39,464 bases of DNA from Candidatus Heimdallarchaeota archaeon (GTDB taxonomy: Archaea; Asgardarchaeota; Heimdallarchaeia; Hodarchaeales; Hodarchaeaceae), in NCBI GenBank assembly GCA_048881705.1, contig JBHLSH010000030.1, positions 1 to 39,464 on the forward strand, written 5' to 3'. The notes beneath the pieces were generated by a model, which was not told the origin of the DNA, searched no databases, and worked only from the letters and a program-made list of their open reading frames with translations. Both the position numbers and the translations under genes were made by a program. Of this stretch, positions 1-8,842 are shown piece by piece (positions within the stretch are counted from its first letter, which is position 1; each line of letters begins with the position of its first letter).

Positions 1-187
1 TCAAAAAATAGTTCTCTATTTTCGTGCGTTACATAAAAAGTCTAACCAGGAAGAGAAAAACCCCTAACTTCTTCCTCAGAGTTTAATTAGATGGCCTTTC
101 TTCATTGTCATGAGGAAAGAAGTTAGGAATGTCCTCAAATACCCCAAGAATACGAAAAAGAACCTGGAAATCTAATGTCATAGGTAT

Positions 188-382
188 TTAGATTTCCAAT
201 GGATCCGGATTTTTGGTTAGAAATTCAGGTGAAAAATCAACATTTCTTATCGCGTGTGCGACTGTCATGCCTGCGTCCATACCGGATTTATTGGCGTAAT
301 AAATTCCCTCTGCAGAAAGTTGAGAGCCCCTATTTGCAGCATCCTCGGAAGTTACCTGATTGGGGAGGCAGCTCGATAGCAA
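188..382 (-). pseudogene. Fragment resembling the C-terminal FAD-binding segment of a geranylgeranyl reductase-family flavoprotein
   Basis: SEDAANRGSQLSAEGIYYANKSGMDAG matches the GGR consensus GDAAGxxxPxxGEGIxxAxxSGxxAA. In-frame stops flank it (389-391 and 188-190) and no N-terminal GxGxxG region is visible. Confidence 0.5.
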
Positions 383-435
383 GGTTTTTTAAACCAAAAA
401 GCTCCAGATAAATGGAGTACCCAAATTATAGGACT

Positions 436-441
436 GAGGTG
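436..441 (+). promoter_or_regulatory. Shine-Dalgarno-like ribosome binding site
   Basis: GAGGTG ends 5 nt before the ATG at 447. Confidence 0.6.
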
Positions 442-446
442 AGACT

Positions 447-815
447 ATGGTTGACCTAAATTTATCCAGAGACTTAATGATTCTTGCGCCTATTTTGGCT
501 GTTGTAATAGCCTTCCTAACGGGATATTTACCTAATACTGAGAACTATGTATCTACCATCTTTCTTATTTGTAGTGGTTTTGTCGGCCTTTATGGAGCAA
601 CAAGAGGGACGGGATCTATAGTAACTTCCGAAAATACTCTTGGTTTACCTCCTGGAGTTGTAAGATTTATTTTGGGAGCTGTTTGTGTTGGGATAGGCCT
701 TTTATGGGCATCCGCTCAAAAAGATGAAAGCTATGTAATGCTCATGCTTGGTCTATGCGGAGAATTCATTGGGGTATCTATCCCCGGGATAGCAAATTAC
801 CTTAAATCTCGCTGA
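447..815 (+). CDS. Small integral membrane protein (about 4 TM helices), function unknown
   Basis: 122 aa with four hydrophobic, Gly-rich segments and a good SD site. Confidence 0.8.
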   Translation: MVDLNLSRDLMILAPILAVVIAFLTGYLPNTENYVSTIFLICSGFVGLYGATRGTGSIVTSENTLGLPPGVVRFILGAVCVGIGLLWASAQKDESYVMLMLGLCGEFIGVSIPGIANYLKSR

Positions 816-927
816 ATTCTTCTGTACTTTCTTTATTCTGAAGTAAGAGAATGGGGAAATTCCCAAAAATAGGAGTCCTGGTTGTTCATCACCCCACACT
901 GCATGTTCAGTCTCCGATAAAGACAGC

Positions 928-949
928 ATGGATCTACAGATCCATTTTT
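928..949 (+). terminator. Perfect 8-bp hairpin plus T-run between convergent genes
   Basis: ATGGATCT-AC-AGATCCAT followed by TTTT, lying between 815(+) and 1045(-). Confidence 0.3.
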
Positions 950-1044
950 CAGAACTATCAGATCATTTTAAAGCCTAGAACGAATTTGGGTAATCCACAT
1001 ATGTCTGTACGAGCTGGGATGACAGATTGACGGTAGTATGAGGC

Positions 1045-2082
1045 TTAACGTCCCTTTTCTGACTCCTTACAGTTGTGAAATTCGGATCCTAATAGATTGT
1101 TAAGAACATCGCTATGCTCCGGATTAGCAACATGATGAATTAATCCTTTTGTTTCCTTGATGATTTCGCTCTGTATCGATAGGGCCGCAGCGATCGAATC
1201 ATACTTGGATACGACGTCAATTAGGATATCAATGTTCTCTGTCGTGGTTTCAGATTCGTTTTCTATAGATTTCAGTGAACCAAGGTTTTCTATGCTCTGT
1301 TCTATTCTTTCTTTCTCTGAGATGGTTCCAGCTTCATATGCGAGGGAAACCGGAAGTGGCGATGGTTTGTTTCTCAGTTTTTCCTCAAGGGGCCCCCGTA
1401 ACCCGTACATTTCACTGATCTCTTTGGTGATTCTCCTTGTAAGTGAAATATTGGAGCCGATTTTGACCATCTCTTGTACTTTTTCCTTATCAGAGTCCCC
1501 TAAGATCCCCCCAATTTCAATGCAAGCTCTATTGGGCGTTAACCGATGCCACATCCGAGAAAATGCCTTTGAGGGAAGAATCTTTCTCACATAATTCCGT
1601 CGTTTTATTTCTGACTCCATAATATCTCGAACCATTCTTTCCGCAGAATCCATGAACCCACGGGTTTTATTATCGTCTTTATATGAAGTAGTCTCGAGTA
1701 AAGAGAGGAGACCTTCACAATACAGGATGTTTCCCATGATTAAGCATGTAGGAATTCCTAACGTATCTACAAGATTTCTTGACTTTTCCGTCCTCAGAGA
1801 ATCCAGAAGATCATCCTGGTAGACCGTTCCCAAAAAGAAACATTGAATGGGGAAAAATGCATTAGCAAGTTCAGCTTCGCTAGGGATGTTCCCAGAGATT
1901 TGCCAGGCAATATCCATCAACACCATTCCGATTGGAATGATATCTGATTCGGAATGAGGTACATAGACTAGATCAAAGGCTCGAAGTACATCATTGGAAT
2001 AGTTCAGGGTTCTCAATCTTTCTCTCATTTTTTTGTCGGCAATTTGCTTTACGTTCTTGACTTTTTTGAGGTAATCCATCAT
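1045..2082 (-). CDS. Polyprenyl synthetase (trans-prenyltransferase) fold protein with degenerate active site
   Basis: First Asp-rich motif YQDDLLD is present and helix spacing is typical (GNILY..., CIEIGGILG). The second DDxxD is replaced by TKEISE; the RRG loop and KT motif are absent. Confidence 0.7.
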   Translation of the reverse strand: MMDYLKKVKNVKQIADKKMRERLRTLNYSNDVLRAFDLVYVPHSESDIIPIGMVLMDIAWQISGNIPSEAELANAFFPIQCFFLGTVYQDDLLDSLRTEKSRNLVDTLGIPTCLIMGNILYCEGLLSLLETTSYKDDNKTRGFMDSAERMVRDIMESEIKRRNYVRKILPSKAFSRMWHRLTPNRACIEIGGILGDSDKEKVQEMVKIGSNISLTRRITKEISEMYGLRGPLEEKLRNKPSPLPVSLAYEAGTISEKERIEQSIENLGSLKSIENESETTTENIDILIDVVSKYDSIAAALSIQSEIIKETKGLIHHVANPEHSDVLNNLLGSEFHNCKESEKGR

Positions 2083-2181
2083 TGACGTCTCCCTAGGTAT
2101 TCGAATCTCGAATTATAAAGGTATACTTCGGAACACTTAAAAGAATAAACTTAGTTCAGTTAACGGTATTCAATCGGAATA

Positions 2182-2493
2182 TTGAAAGGAGGAAACAAGG
2201 ATATGGGAAAGGAAATCCTGCAATTTTCTTTAGCGAAAGAATCTGAAAAAAGAAGCAGATTGGCAGCTTTGATTGATATAGGTCGCCTCGGAAAAACTGG
2301 TAAAGGAGACGATAGGGTGGAGTTACTAAACGAAGTCTTATCGAAAGATCCTGGACCTGAAGCTCGTGGTGCATTGCTGGAATCATTTTTTAATAGATTT
2401 ATCCCAGGAGGCTGGACAGGCGACCCTGAAGCCAAAGATGAACGATTTCTTCTATATGCTCCCACAACAAATCCATTCTGGTATGATTGGTAG
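2182..2493 (+). CDS. Small HEAT/PBS-lyase-like repeat protein (start may be ATG 2203)
   Basis: RLAALIDIGRLG...VELLNEVLSKDPGPEARGALLE resembles one HEAT-like helical hairpin. Confidence 0.55.
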   Translation: MKGGNKDMGKEILQFSLAKESEKRSRLAALIDIGRLGKTGKGDDRVELLNEVLSKDPGPEARGALLESFFNRFIPGGWTGDPEAKDERFLLYAPTTNPFWYDW

Positions 2494-2573
2494 CGTAAAA
2501 CGTTAAAATAGTCTCGAAATTGGCAATTATTGGTCATTGAACCGAGTATAGAGCTAGAGGGGTACGACTCACT

Positions 2574-3965
2574 TTGGTAAGAATCCAATTCTCCGAGATT
2601 CTCACTTTGTTGGCAATCTCCGTCGGGTTGACAGGATTTGATCTACTAGTAACAACAATAGCAAAAGATCTAGTACTGCTTCCTGATCTATCTGTACCAA
2701 TCTTAACTATTCTTTTTTTACTTACTCTGCTGGTCCTTGTGTTAGCTTTAACGATATGGCGAATTATCCTAAAAGAAGAAACTAAAGTTGAGACTCGTTA
2801 TAGGAATGTCATTTACGCTGCGGCCGCATTTACGGTGGGTTCCGGTGTGTTTGGTTTGGTCACTTATATCATTGAAATCATACTTGCTTCTGGAATTTTG
2901 GGAACTGCTTACTATGAGCTAGATCTAGTTACAAGTCAAGATTCGCTTTGGATGAGCTTAACATTCTTCACGAAATTGGGTCATAACGTTTTTGCCTTGG
3001 CAGGCTGCTTAGTAACGGGCTTTGCCTGGACTCGACAGTTTAGGAAATGGGCTCGGTTTACAAATGCACCAATCGTAAAATCTTTCTTTTTTGCAGGAAT
3101 TACGATGATTTTACTATTTTTTGTTCAGCTTGCTACGATCTCCTTGCAATATTTGCTGTTCTGGACAAACCCAGGAGAACCTCTTAGAGATCATCCTCCA
3201 GAAATACAAGCCATATTCATAGTTCTTCTCATTACTGCAATGTTCGTAGTCCCTGTTTATATTTACTTTTTAGCTCGGGCGGGACAAGATTTACGCATGC
3301 CCTTTGAGGAAAGGATACCTAAATCGCGAATAGCAATCATTCTACCTCTAATCTTCTTCCTATTGTGGTTCATAGTGAATATGATGAACGTGGGAGGAGA
3401 TAATGAACCTTCTAGCGTAATAACAACCCTTTTGGGTAACGGATTCCTTGTTGCGGCGTTTATCCCGATCTCTATAGGCTTCATTCGATATGCCAGAGGA
3501 ATAAATTCCTTATATCTAAGGAAAAATTTGTATATAGCCTCGGTTGGTACTCTAGCTCTTTCCACTTTTTCAATCGTAGGCCCAAATCGTTGGACTGGAA
3601 TGGCGGTTTTAACAGGTTATTTATTGGCGTTCTCAGTATTGATTTGGTCTTTGGTTAACATTTCACAGTTTTTAGGTTCGCGTGAAGCTCTTTCAGATCG
3701 ATTAAGAGATTCTGGAGCTAAATTTCTTTCAGATTTAGGAGAAGCAGAGTTGATTGGTCAATCGGTTCAACAGCTTACCAAGGTGTTAGCTGCGGTATCA
3801 AAGGATCTGATGAATGACCTTGTTAATGTAGATGTTAAAACTCCTCCAACAAACGAGGAAATAAAACGTTACATACTATCGACGATGAGAGAACAAACAA
3901 CTCCCTCTGAAGAGGAAGTTATGCAATACCTCGAAGACGCCTTGAGGGTAGTAAAGACGATCTAG
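2574..3965 (+). CDS. Polytopic membrane protein (about 10 TM) with a soluble helical C-terminus, function unknown
   Basis: 463-aa ORF with repeated hydrophobic segments and a charged final ~90 aa. Confidence 0.8.
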   Translation: MVRIQFSEILTLLAISVGLTGFDLLVTTIAKDLVLLPDLSVPILTILFLLTLLVLVLALTIWRIILKEETKVETRYRNVIYAAAAFTVGSGVFGLVTYIIEIILASGILGTAYYELDLVTSQDSLWMSLTFFTKLGHNVFALAGCLVTGFAWTRQFRKWARFTNAPIVKSFFFAGITMILLFFVQLATISLQYLLFWTNPGEPLRDHPPEIQAIFIVLLITAMFVVPVYIYFLARAGQDLRMPFEERIPKSRIAIILPLIFFLLWFIVNMMNVGGDNEPSSVITTLLGNGFLVAAFIPISIGFIRYARGINSLYLRKNLYIASVGTLALSTFSIVGPNRWTGMAVLTGYLLAFSVLIWSLVNISQFLGSREALSDRLRDSGAKFLSDLGEAELIGQSVQQLTKVLAAVSKDLMNDLVNVDVKTPPTNEEIKRYILSTMREQTTPSEEEVMQYLEDALRVVKTI

Positions 3966-4020
3966 AGAATCAAGGCCAGTTGGGATACTTCCCCCAATCA
4001 TGAGTTTCAATTGGTCTACC

Positions 4021-4689
4021 CTACAAATATGTGACCCCTGTTTCAACAAATCCGAAATTTCTAATGAAATTGTATGAAATCTTGTTTTCATGGTAAATTT
4101 CACAGACAAGTTCTGAAACATCATGTTTATCGAAGTAATCCGCGGCTTTGGCTGCCAGTAGAAACGCGATATGTTTCCGACGGTATCGAGGATCAACCCC
4201 AATTCCGGCAATAACACCTTGTTTGCCCACTTCTTTTCCCTTCTTGATTAATGGATCAATGATTAAAACGATAAAACCAATGATCTTCCCATACAGCGTG
4301 GCAACAAAAGTCGAAGAAGGATCAAATTTCTTAACATCTTCTTCTAGAATCGAGCGATAGGGATCCGGAGCAGTAATAAATGCCCTATTGAAAGTTTGCA
4401 TGAAATTTACAGTATCCTTCTCTGGGTCGAGGTGGCGGATAGTCACCTTGGCGAGGATAGGATTCTCCTCAATAATTTTGGGCAACTTTTGTTCACGGAA
4501 TCTCAATGCTTGATCCCAAGTTGACTTAAAAACGATGAATTTATACTTGGTCTTGTCAGAATCCGCTAACGATTCCTCCGATTCAGCTTCTATCTCTTGT
4601 GATGTTTTATTTCGGAATAAAGGCTGCCTAAATCGGACGGATGGTCGGTTATCTTCAGGTAATGAGTTTTTATTCAAGCTAAACACCAT
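4021..4689 (-). CDS. GNAT family N-acetyltransferase
   Basis: Motif A IAGIGVDPRYRRKHIAFLL and motif B EIYHENKISYNFIRNFGF. Confidence 0.88.
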   Translation of the reverse strand: MVFSLNKNSLPEDNRPSVRFRQPLFRNKTSQEIEAESEESLADSDKTKYKFIVFKSTWDQALRFREQKLPKIIEENPILAKVTIRHLDPEKDTVNFMQTFNRAFITAPDPYRSILEEDVKKFDPSSTFVATLYGKIIGFIVLIIDPLIKKGKEVGKQGVIAGIGVDPRYRRKHIAFLLAAKAADYFDKHDVSELVCEIYHENKISYNFIRNFGFVETGVTYL

Positions 4690-4770
4690 TAAAGGGAGCT
4701 CATAGGGGTTGTGTTTTTGCTTTATGGGTAGGATTTAGGCTTAAAAATCCAGAGGTTATCGCGGGGTCGT

Positions 4771-5724
4771 ATGGCCAATTCAATTTCTATATCACCAGAT
4801 TATAAGTACACTGTAATAGATACTCATGTCCATCCCATTCGCTCTTTAATGACGGAAACAAGTCTTATTAATGAAATAAGGAAAGCAGGCATTAATAAAG
4901 CCGTTTTATTGGCATTAGATCTAGACGTTGAAGCAATCACTAAGGATGAGAAACTCAAATATGAGATCATAAACAACCTCCTAGAATACTCAATGTTTAT
5001 TGATGCTTTTAAGCTCATAAAGGCGATGGAACAGATTCTAAGAATGGGCATGACATCTAATTCATTGGTTGCGGATATAGTGAGGGCGAATCCACAGTTC
5101 TTTATTGGATTCGGTTCGGTGAACCCCTCTAAAGATCCCGACTATGTCAAAGAAAAACTGCTGGAGATAGAGAAATTGGGATTAAAAGGGATCAAGTTAA
5201 TTCCTACGCTCCAGTTTTTTAATCCAGAAAAAAACAAAAATATAAAGTTTATATTTAAGTACGCACGAGAACGAGATTGGCCAATCTTGATTCATGCAGG
5301 GGGGGATCCAGGGCCGTTCGAAATCCCAACCCTAAAATGTGTAAAAGATTCCCACCCAAAAAATTGGCGAAAACATGTAAGGAAAACGAAAAACAAAATC
5401 ATCTTTGCGCACTTGGGATGTTACGGTAGGATAAATAACGGCTCATGGTTTTCTGAAACAACCGATCTGGCAAAAAGAAATCCCAACATTTACCTGGATA
5501 CTTCAGCCGTAACTTACCACCTGGAAGATCCAGATATCGTTGACCAAATCCGTCAAACTTGCGGATTTGGGAGGATACTTTTTGGTACAGATACACCTGT
5601 CGTTCAAGGAACCTCTATGAAGCATAGTTTGGAAGTCATCAAAAACAGCCCAGTTCTAAGCGTAAAAGAAAAGCGGTTGATTTTAGGGGAAAATGCGAAG
5701 GCCTTACTGAAGATAGAGGATTGA
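4771..5724 (+). CDS. Amidohydrolase family metallo-hydrolase (Amidohydro_2-like TIM barrel)
   Basis: DTHVH, GLKGIKL, ILIHAG, FAHLG, YLDTS and ILFGTD motifs. Confidence 0.88.
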   Translation: MANSISISPDYKYTVIDTHVHPIRSLMTETSLINEIRKAGINKAVLLALDLDVEAITKDEKLKYEIINNLLEYSMFIDAFKLIKAMEQILRMGMTSNSLVADIVRANPQFFIGFGSVNPSKDPDYVKEKLLEIEKLGLKGIKLIPTLQFFNPEKNKNIKFIFKYARERDWPILIHAGGDPGPFEIPTLKCVKDSHPKNWRKHVRKTKNKIIFAHLGCYGRINNGSWFSETTDLAKRNPNIYLDTSAVTYHLEDPDIVDQIRQTCGFGRILFGTDTPVVQGTSMKHSLEVIKNSPVLSVKEKRLILGENAKALLKIED

Positions 5725-6509
5725 CGGGGGATTGTTATGTGTTTAAGCTTTGCGTTTTGGCGTCAACAAGCAAGGGGAACGCGACCTACGTTCGGATAGG
5801 TTCCACATCCTTTCTGATAGATGCTGGTATTAGTGCACGAAAAATAACCAAGCGATTGGAGGAAATCGGTGAGAATGTCAGAGCTTTGGATGGTATCGTT
5901 GTATCGCATGAACATGATGATCACATCAAAGGAATAAAGACATTAACGAAAAACTACGGGTTAAAATGCTATCTAAACTATGAAACCTATGCAAAGATTA
6001 GCAAGAAGACAGGGCCAATAGATGCTGAATTTATAGATGTAGGCGAGGAATTTGTCATTCAAGGGGTGGAGATTTTGCCTTATGAAATTCCCCACGACGG
6101 GGTGAATCCCCTTGGTTTTCGAATCAGTTATCAGGGCGAGCATCTTCTGGGGTATATTTGCGATTGTGGTTTTCCCTCTCCATATGTTTTGGATGGTTTA
6201 CGTAATGTCAAAATTCTTATAATTGAAGCAAACCATTCATTTGACATGCTCTTAGGAAGTGATTACCCTGAACACCTGAAATATCGTTTATTGGGTTCCA
6301 AGGGACACCTCAGCAATTGGCAGGCTGCAGAGTTCATAAGAGTAACACAACCATCCATCGCGGTCTTGGCACACATTTCAGAAAAGAATAATACTCCTGA
6401 AACGGCTCTCCAAGAAATTCAGTTCATTTTAGATCACGAAAATCGATCTTTTGGTTCATTTTTGGTTGTTTATCCTCCTGAAGAAAGGAGTGCCTTGATT
6501 CAATGGTAA
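5721..6509 (+). CDS. Metallo-beta-lactamase fold hydrolase (YycJ/WalJ-like)
   Basis: SHEHDDH (HxHxDH), LIDAG, PHD, IEANH, GHLSN and LAHISEKNN motifs. Overlaps the upstream stop (TTGA). Confidence 0.9.
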   Translation: MTGDCYVFKLCVLASTSKGNATYVRIGSTSFLIDAGISARKITKRLEEIGENVRALDGIVVSHEHDDHIKGIKTLTKNYGLKCYLNYETYAKISKKTGPIDAEFIDVGEEFVIQGVEILPYEIPHDGVNPLGFRISYQGEHLLGYICDCGFPSPYVLDGLRNVKILIIEANHSFDMLLGSDYPEHLKYRLLGSKGHLSNWQAAEFIRVTQPSIAVLAHISEKNNTPETALQEIQFILDHENRSFGSFLVVYPPEERSALIQW

Positions 6510-6668
6510 TATGTTGTTAGTTATAATTGATTTAGTAAAAAACGTACTAAACTTAGATTTCTGATAGTTCCCAGTGCATCTAAGTAGGTTAAATCTTGAA
6601 AGAGCGAGCCAAAAGGGTATTCAAGGCTGGTTCCGGAGATCTTGGCCTATTCGTTGGCATGTTCGATT

Positions 6669-7067
6669 TTAAGGATCAAATGCTGAAGGAGAAAAGTGAA
6701 TTTTACGTATTGAAACTAACTCTCCGTTCGTTAAAGTGACAATCCCGATTCTTTTTGCCAGTTCTCGAGCTGTTGCTGAGAATCGGTTCGCAACAACCAT
6801 CACCTTGGCTAATCCTGTTAATTCTTGAACCCTTTCTGCTTCCAAGATAACATTGTAACCACAAGATCGTGCCCAATCCTTTACTAGAACACCAATTTTT
6901 CCAACCTCTCCCGAAGTGGACGGATTATTAGTTCCATTGATTAAAAAAGACAGGCGGATCGGTTTTTCGTTTTTCCCCGTTATGTGTTGGTTCTCAGCAA
7001 AATCAAATTCTCGAAATTTGAGAAAATCCCGTGTAAGTTTAGTTAAATCCAGCGAGTAACACCTCAA
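6669..7067 (-). CDS. Mrr-like restriction endonuclease-fold protein, catalytic acidic residues apparently lost
   Basis: GVLVKDWARSCG...VMVVANRFSATARELAKRIGIVTL fits the Mrr_cat pattern (VxxKxW..VG; iv..xFT..A...A....I.L). The expected PD and (D/E)xK acids read S/F and L. TTG start. Confidence 0.6.
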   Translation of the reverse strand: MRCYSLDLTKLTRDFLKFREFDFAENQHITGKNEKPIRLSFLINGTNNPSTSGEVGKIGVLVKDWARSCGYNVILEAERVQELTGLAKVMVVANRFSATARELAKRIGIVTLTNGELVSIRKIHFSPSAFDP

Positions 7068-7092
7068 CTGATATAATATGCGAATGTCAAGG

Positions 7093-7099
7093 TATATAA
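7093..7099 (-). promoter_or_regulatory. Candidate archaeal TATA box for the 6669-7067 gene
   Basis: TTATATA on the minus strand, preceded by purine-rich AAAGAAGA (BRE-like), about 26 nt upstream of the TTG start. Confidence 0.45.
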
Positions 7100-7165
7100 T
7101 CTTCTTTAAGATATTTAAATAGGTTTACACTGATGTTCCCTCTGTAACACGCTCTATAATTCTGA

Positions 7166-7184
7166 TTTGCCTTATTAAGGCAAA
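7166..7184. promoter_or_regulatory. Perfect 9-bp inverted repeat, candidate operator
   Basis: TTTGCCTTA-T-TAAGGCAAA in the 690-bp divergent intergenic region. Confidence 0.4.
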
Positions 7185-7757
7185 AAAAGGTTATTGTTTA
7201 AAGAAAGTATGAATGAACAATGGAATAAATGATTTTGATAATTTGGAAATAGGATTTTAGAAATATGGGGCATATAGCCTGGCTGGATAATCAACGGAAT
7301 ATTACATCATGACTAACAAAAACACAACAAGAATACACCTCTGTATCTCTACGAGCGACAAAAAAAGATAACTACGATATCGTATCAGTCTCCAACGCTG
7401 GCTTAAACCCAACACTCGACATGGGATGAATTCTTTGGGATAATCTCGAGATAGAATCATTAAACTAATCTTTTTTCTACTTTAATGTACATATGTGCCT
7501 CAGAAGGCTAATCTAACAAATTATATGCGTTCATTCTTAAGCCCGATTTTCGAGATAGATATTATCAAAAGCTAAATGTAGGAGAAGCTGCCATATCTGC
7601 TAGAGAAAGATAATGTCGTTAAGATGACAGAACCTATTGATGTAAAATTAAGACTAAGGTTTAAAAGAGATGGAGAAATGTTGAAATTTGATCAGTGCAG
7701 AAAAAGCTTTGAAACACCATAAATAGCGAAATCCTGTAATTTTGTGAGCATGTAAAA

Positions 7758-8834
7758 ATGTTACAGTCTTCAAAAGTTCGTGAATTACTAAAAAGGCAGG
7801 GAAATCCAAGGGTTTCTAAGGAAAGCGTGCATGCTCTCAATAATCTTTTAACGCGCCGAGCCAAAGAAATTTCGACAAAAGCTGTCACTCTGGCGCAAGA
7901 TCAAGGCCGAGAGGAAATCAGAGAGGAGGATATCACACAAGCTGTTAGAATGGGTTCCTCATTCGTTACCTTCGAGGTTGATGAAAAAGCGTCTGTTGTC
8001 CATTACGTCTGGTTTATTAGTTCAGGTGGAACCTGTCTTCTTTCCAGGGGATACTCTGGCTTAAAATTTCCTGACACAATCTTCGCAGGGCTTTTAACAG
8101 GAATTTTGGATCTTTTCGGGGAAGTAACAGGAAGGCGCATTGATAAATTTTCTACAGACGATCTTACAATTCACTGTAGAAGAATAGGTGAAATCACAGT
8201 TGCTGTGATCTGTGATTCAGACCATGGAGGACCGGTTGACGAATTGACTGAACTACTTGCGAAGCGGTTCGATCAGGTTTTTTCTGATGAGATTTCAATG
8301 GATGTGATTGATACGTCTGTTTTCGAGGAATTCACTCCTGTACTTGATGCCCTCGTGACCTCTGCAGGTATGCGAATTCCAACCCAATCATTAAAAGTTC
8401 TGCCAAGCAGTGCATCCCTGACAGATCGTCAATTGGAGGAAACAGTCGACGCGGCGGCGCTAAGACAAGAGTTGAAACGAGCACAGACAATGATCCAAGA
8501 TCTAATGCTTTTCAAGAGAGAAGACGAACCATCTCCTGTGCCCCGAGTCGATAACATGCTTAACGTTCCTCAAGATGTGGCAGAAATACAAGCGGTAATC
8601 CGTCAGGCCTCAAAACATATTCGAAGCGAAATAGATGGCGCAAACGGCGAGAAAAGCCACGAACTGAATCAGGAATTAAAGGTGGTAAGAAAAAAAAAGG
8701 AGGGTGTTGTCTTGGATGAGGATAGAGCGGCAGTAGCCAAGCCATCTGCTAAAAAACCCAAGAAAATCACCTATCAGAAATCAAAGAAAAAGACTCAGGG
8801 AAAAAGAAAGCGGGTAAGAAAGCGGCGCTCTTAA
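7758..8834 (+). CDS. Histone-fold / longin-like domain fusion protein with a Lys/Arg-rich C-terminal tail
   Basis: aa 1-66 align to archaeal HMf-type histones (RVS...A..LA...GR..I..EDI..A). aa 80-200 show the Asgard longin pattern (VWFISSGGTCL..., FAGLLTGI..LF.EV..., FDQVF..., FEEF). The last 31 aa contain 17 K/R. Confidence 0.8.
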   Translation: MLQSSKVRELLKRQGNPRVSKESVHALNNLLTRRAKEISTKAVTLAQDQGREEIREEDITQAVRMGSSFVTFEVDEKASVVHYVWFISSGGTCLLSRGYSGLKFPDTIFAGLLTGILDLFGEVTGRRIDKFSTDDLTIHCRRIGEITVAVICDSDHGGPVDELTELLAKRFDQVFSDEISMDVIDTSVFEEFTPVLDALVTSAGMRIPTQSLKVLPSSASLTDRQLEETVDAAALRQELKRAQTMIQDLMLFKREDEPSPVPRVDNMLNVPQDVAEIQAVIRQASKHIRSEIDGANGEKSHELNQELKVVRKKKEGVVLDEDRAAVAKPSAKKPKKITYQKSKKKTQGKRKRVRKRRS

Positions 8835-8842
8835 ACCATCGA

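Noticed and set aside
199-411. 70-aa plus-strand ORF
   Set aside because: No recognisable motif, and antisense to the GGR-like fragment, which explains the region better.
851-1030. 59-aa ORF (MGKFPKIG...) between convergent genes
   Set aside because: Short, with no motif or clear RBS; cannot be told from chance.
1157-2588. ORFs 1157-1594(+), 2156-2386(-) and 2160-2588(-)
   Set aside because: Antisense shadows of better-supported genes, with Ser-rich composition typical of reverse frames.
7624-7722. 32-aa ORF upstream of the histone-longin gene (MTEPIDVKLRLRFKRDGEMLKFDQCRKSFETP)
   Set aside because: Too short to support without homology or ribosome profiling; worth a tblastn only.
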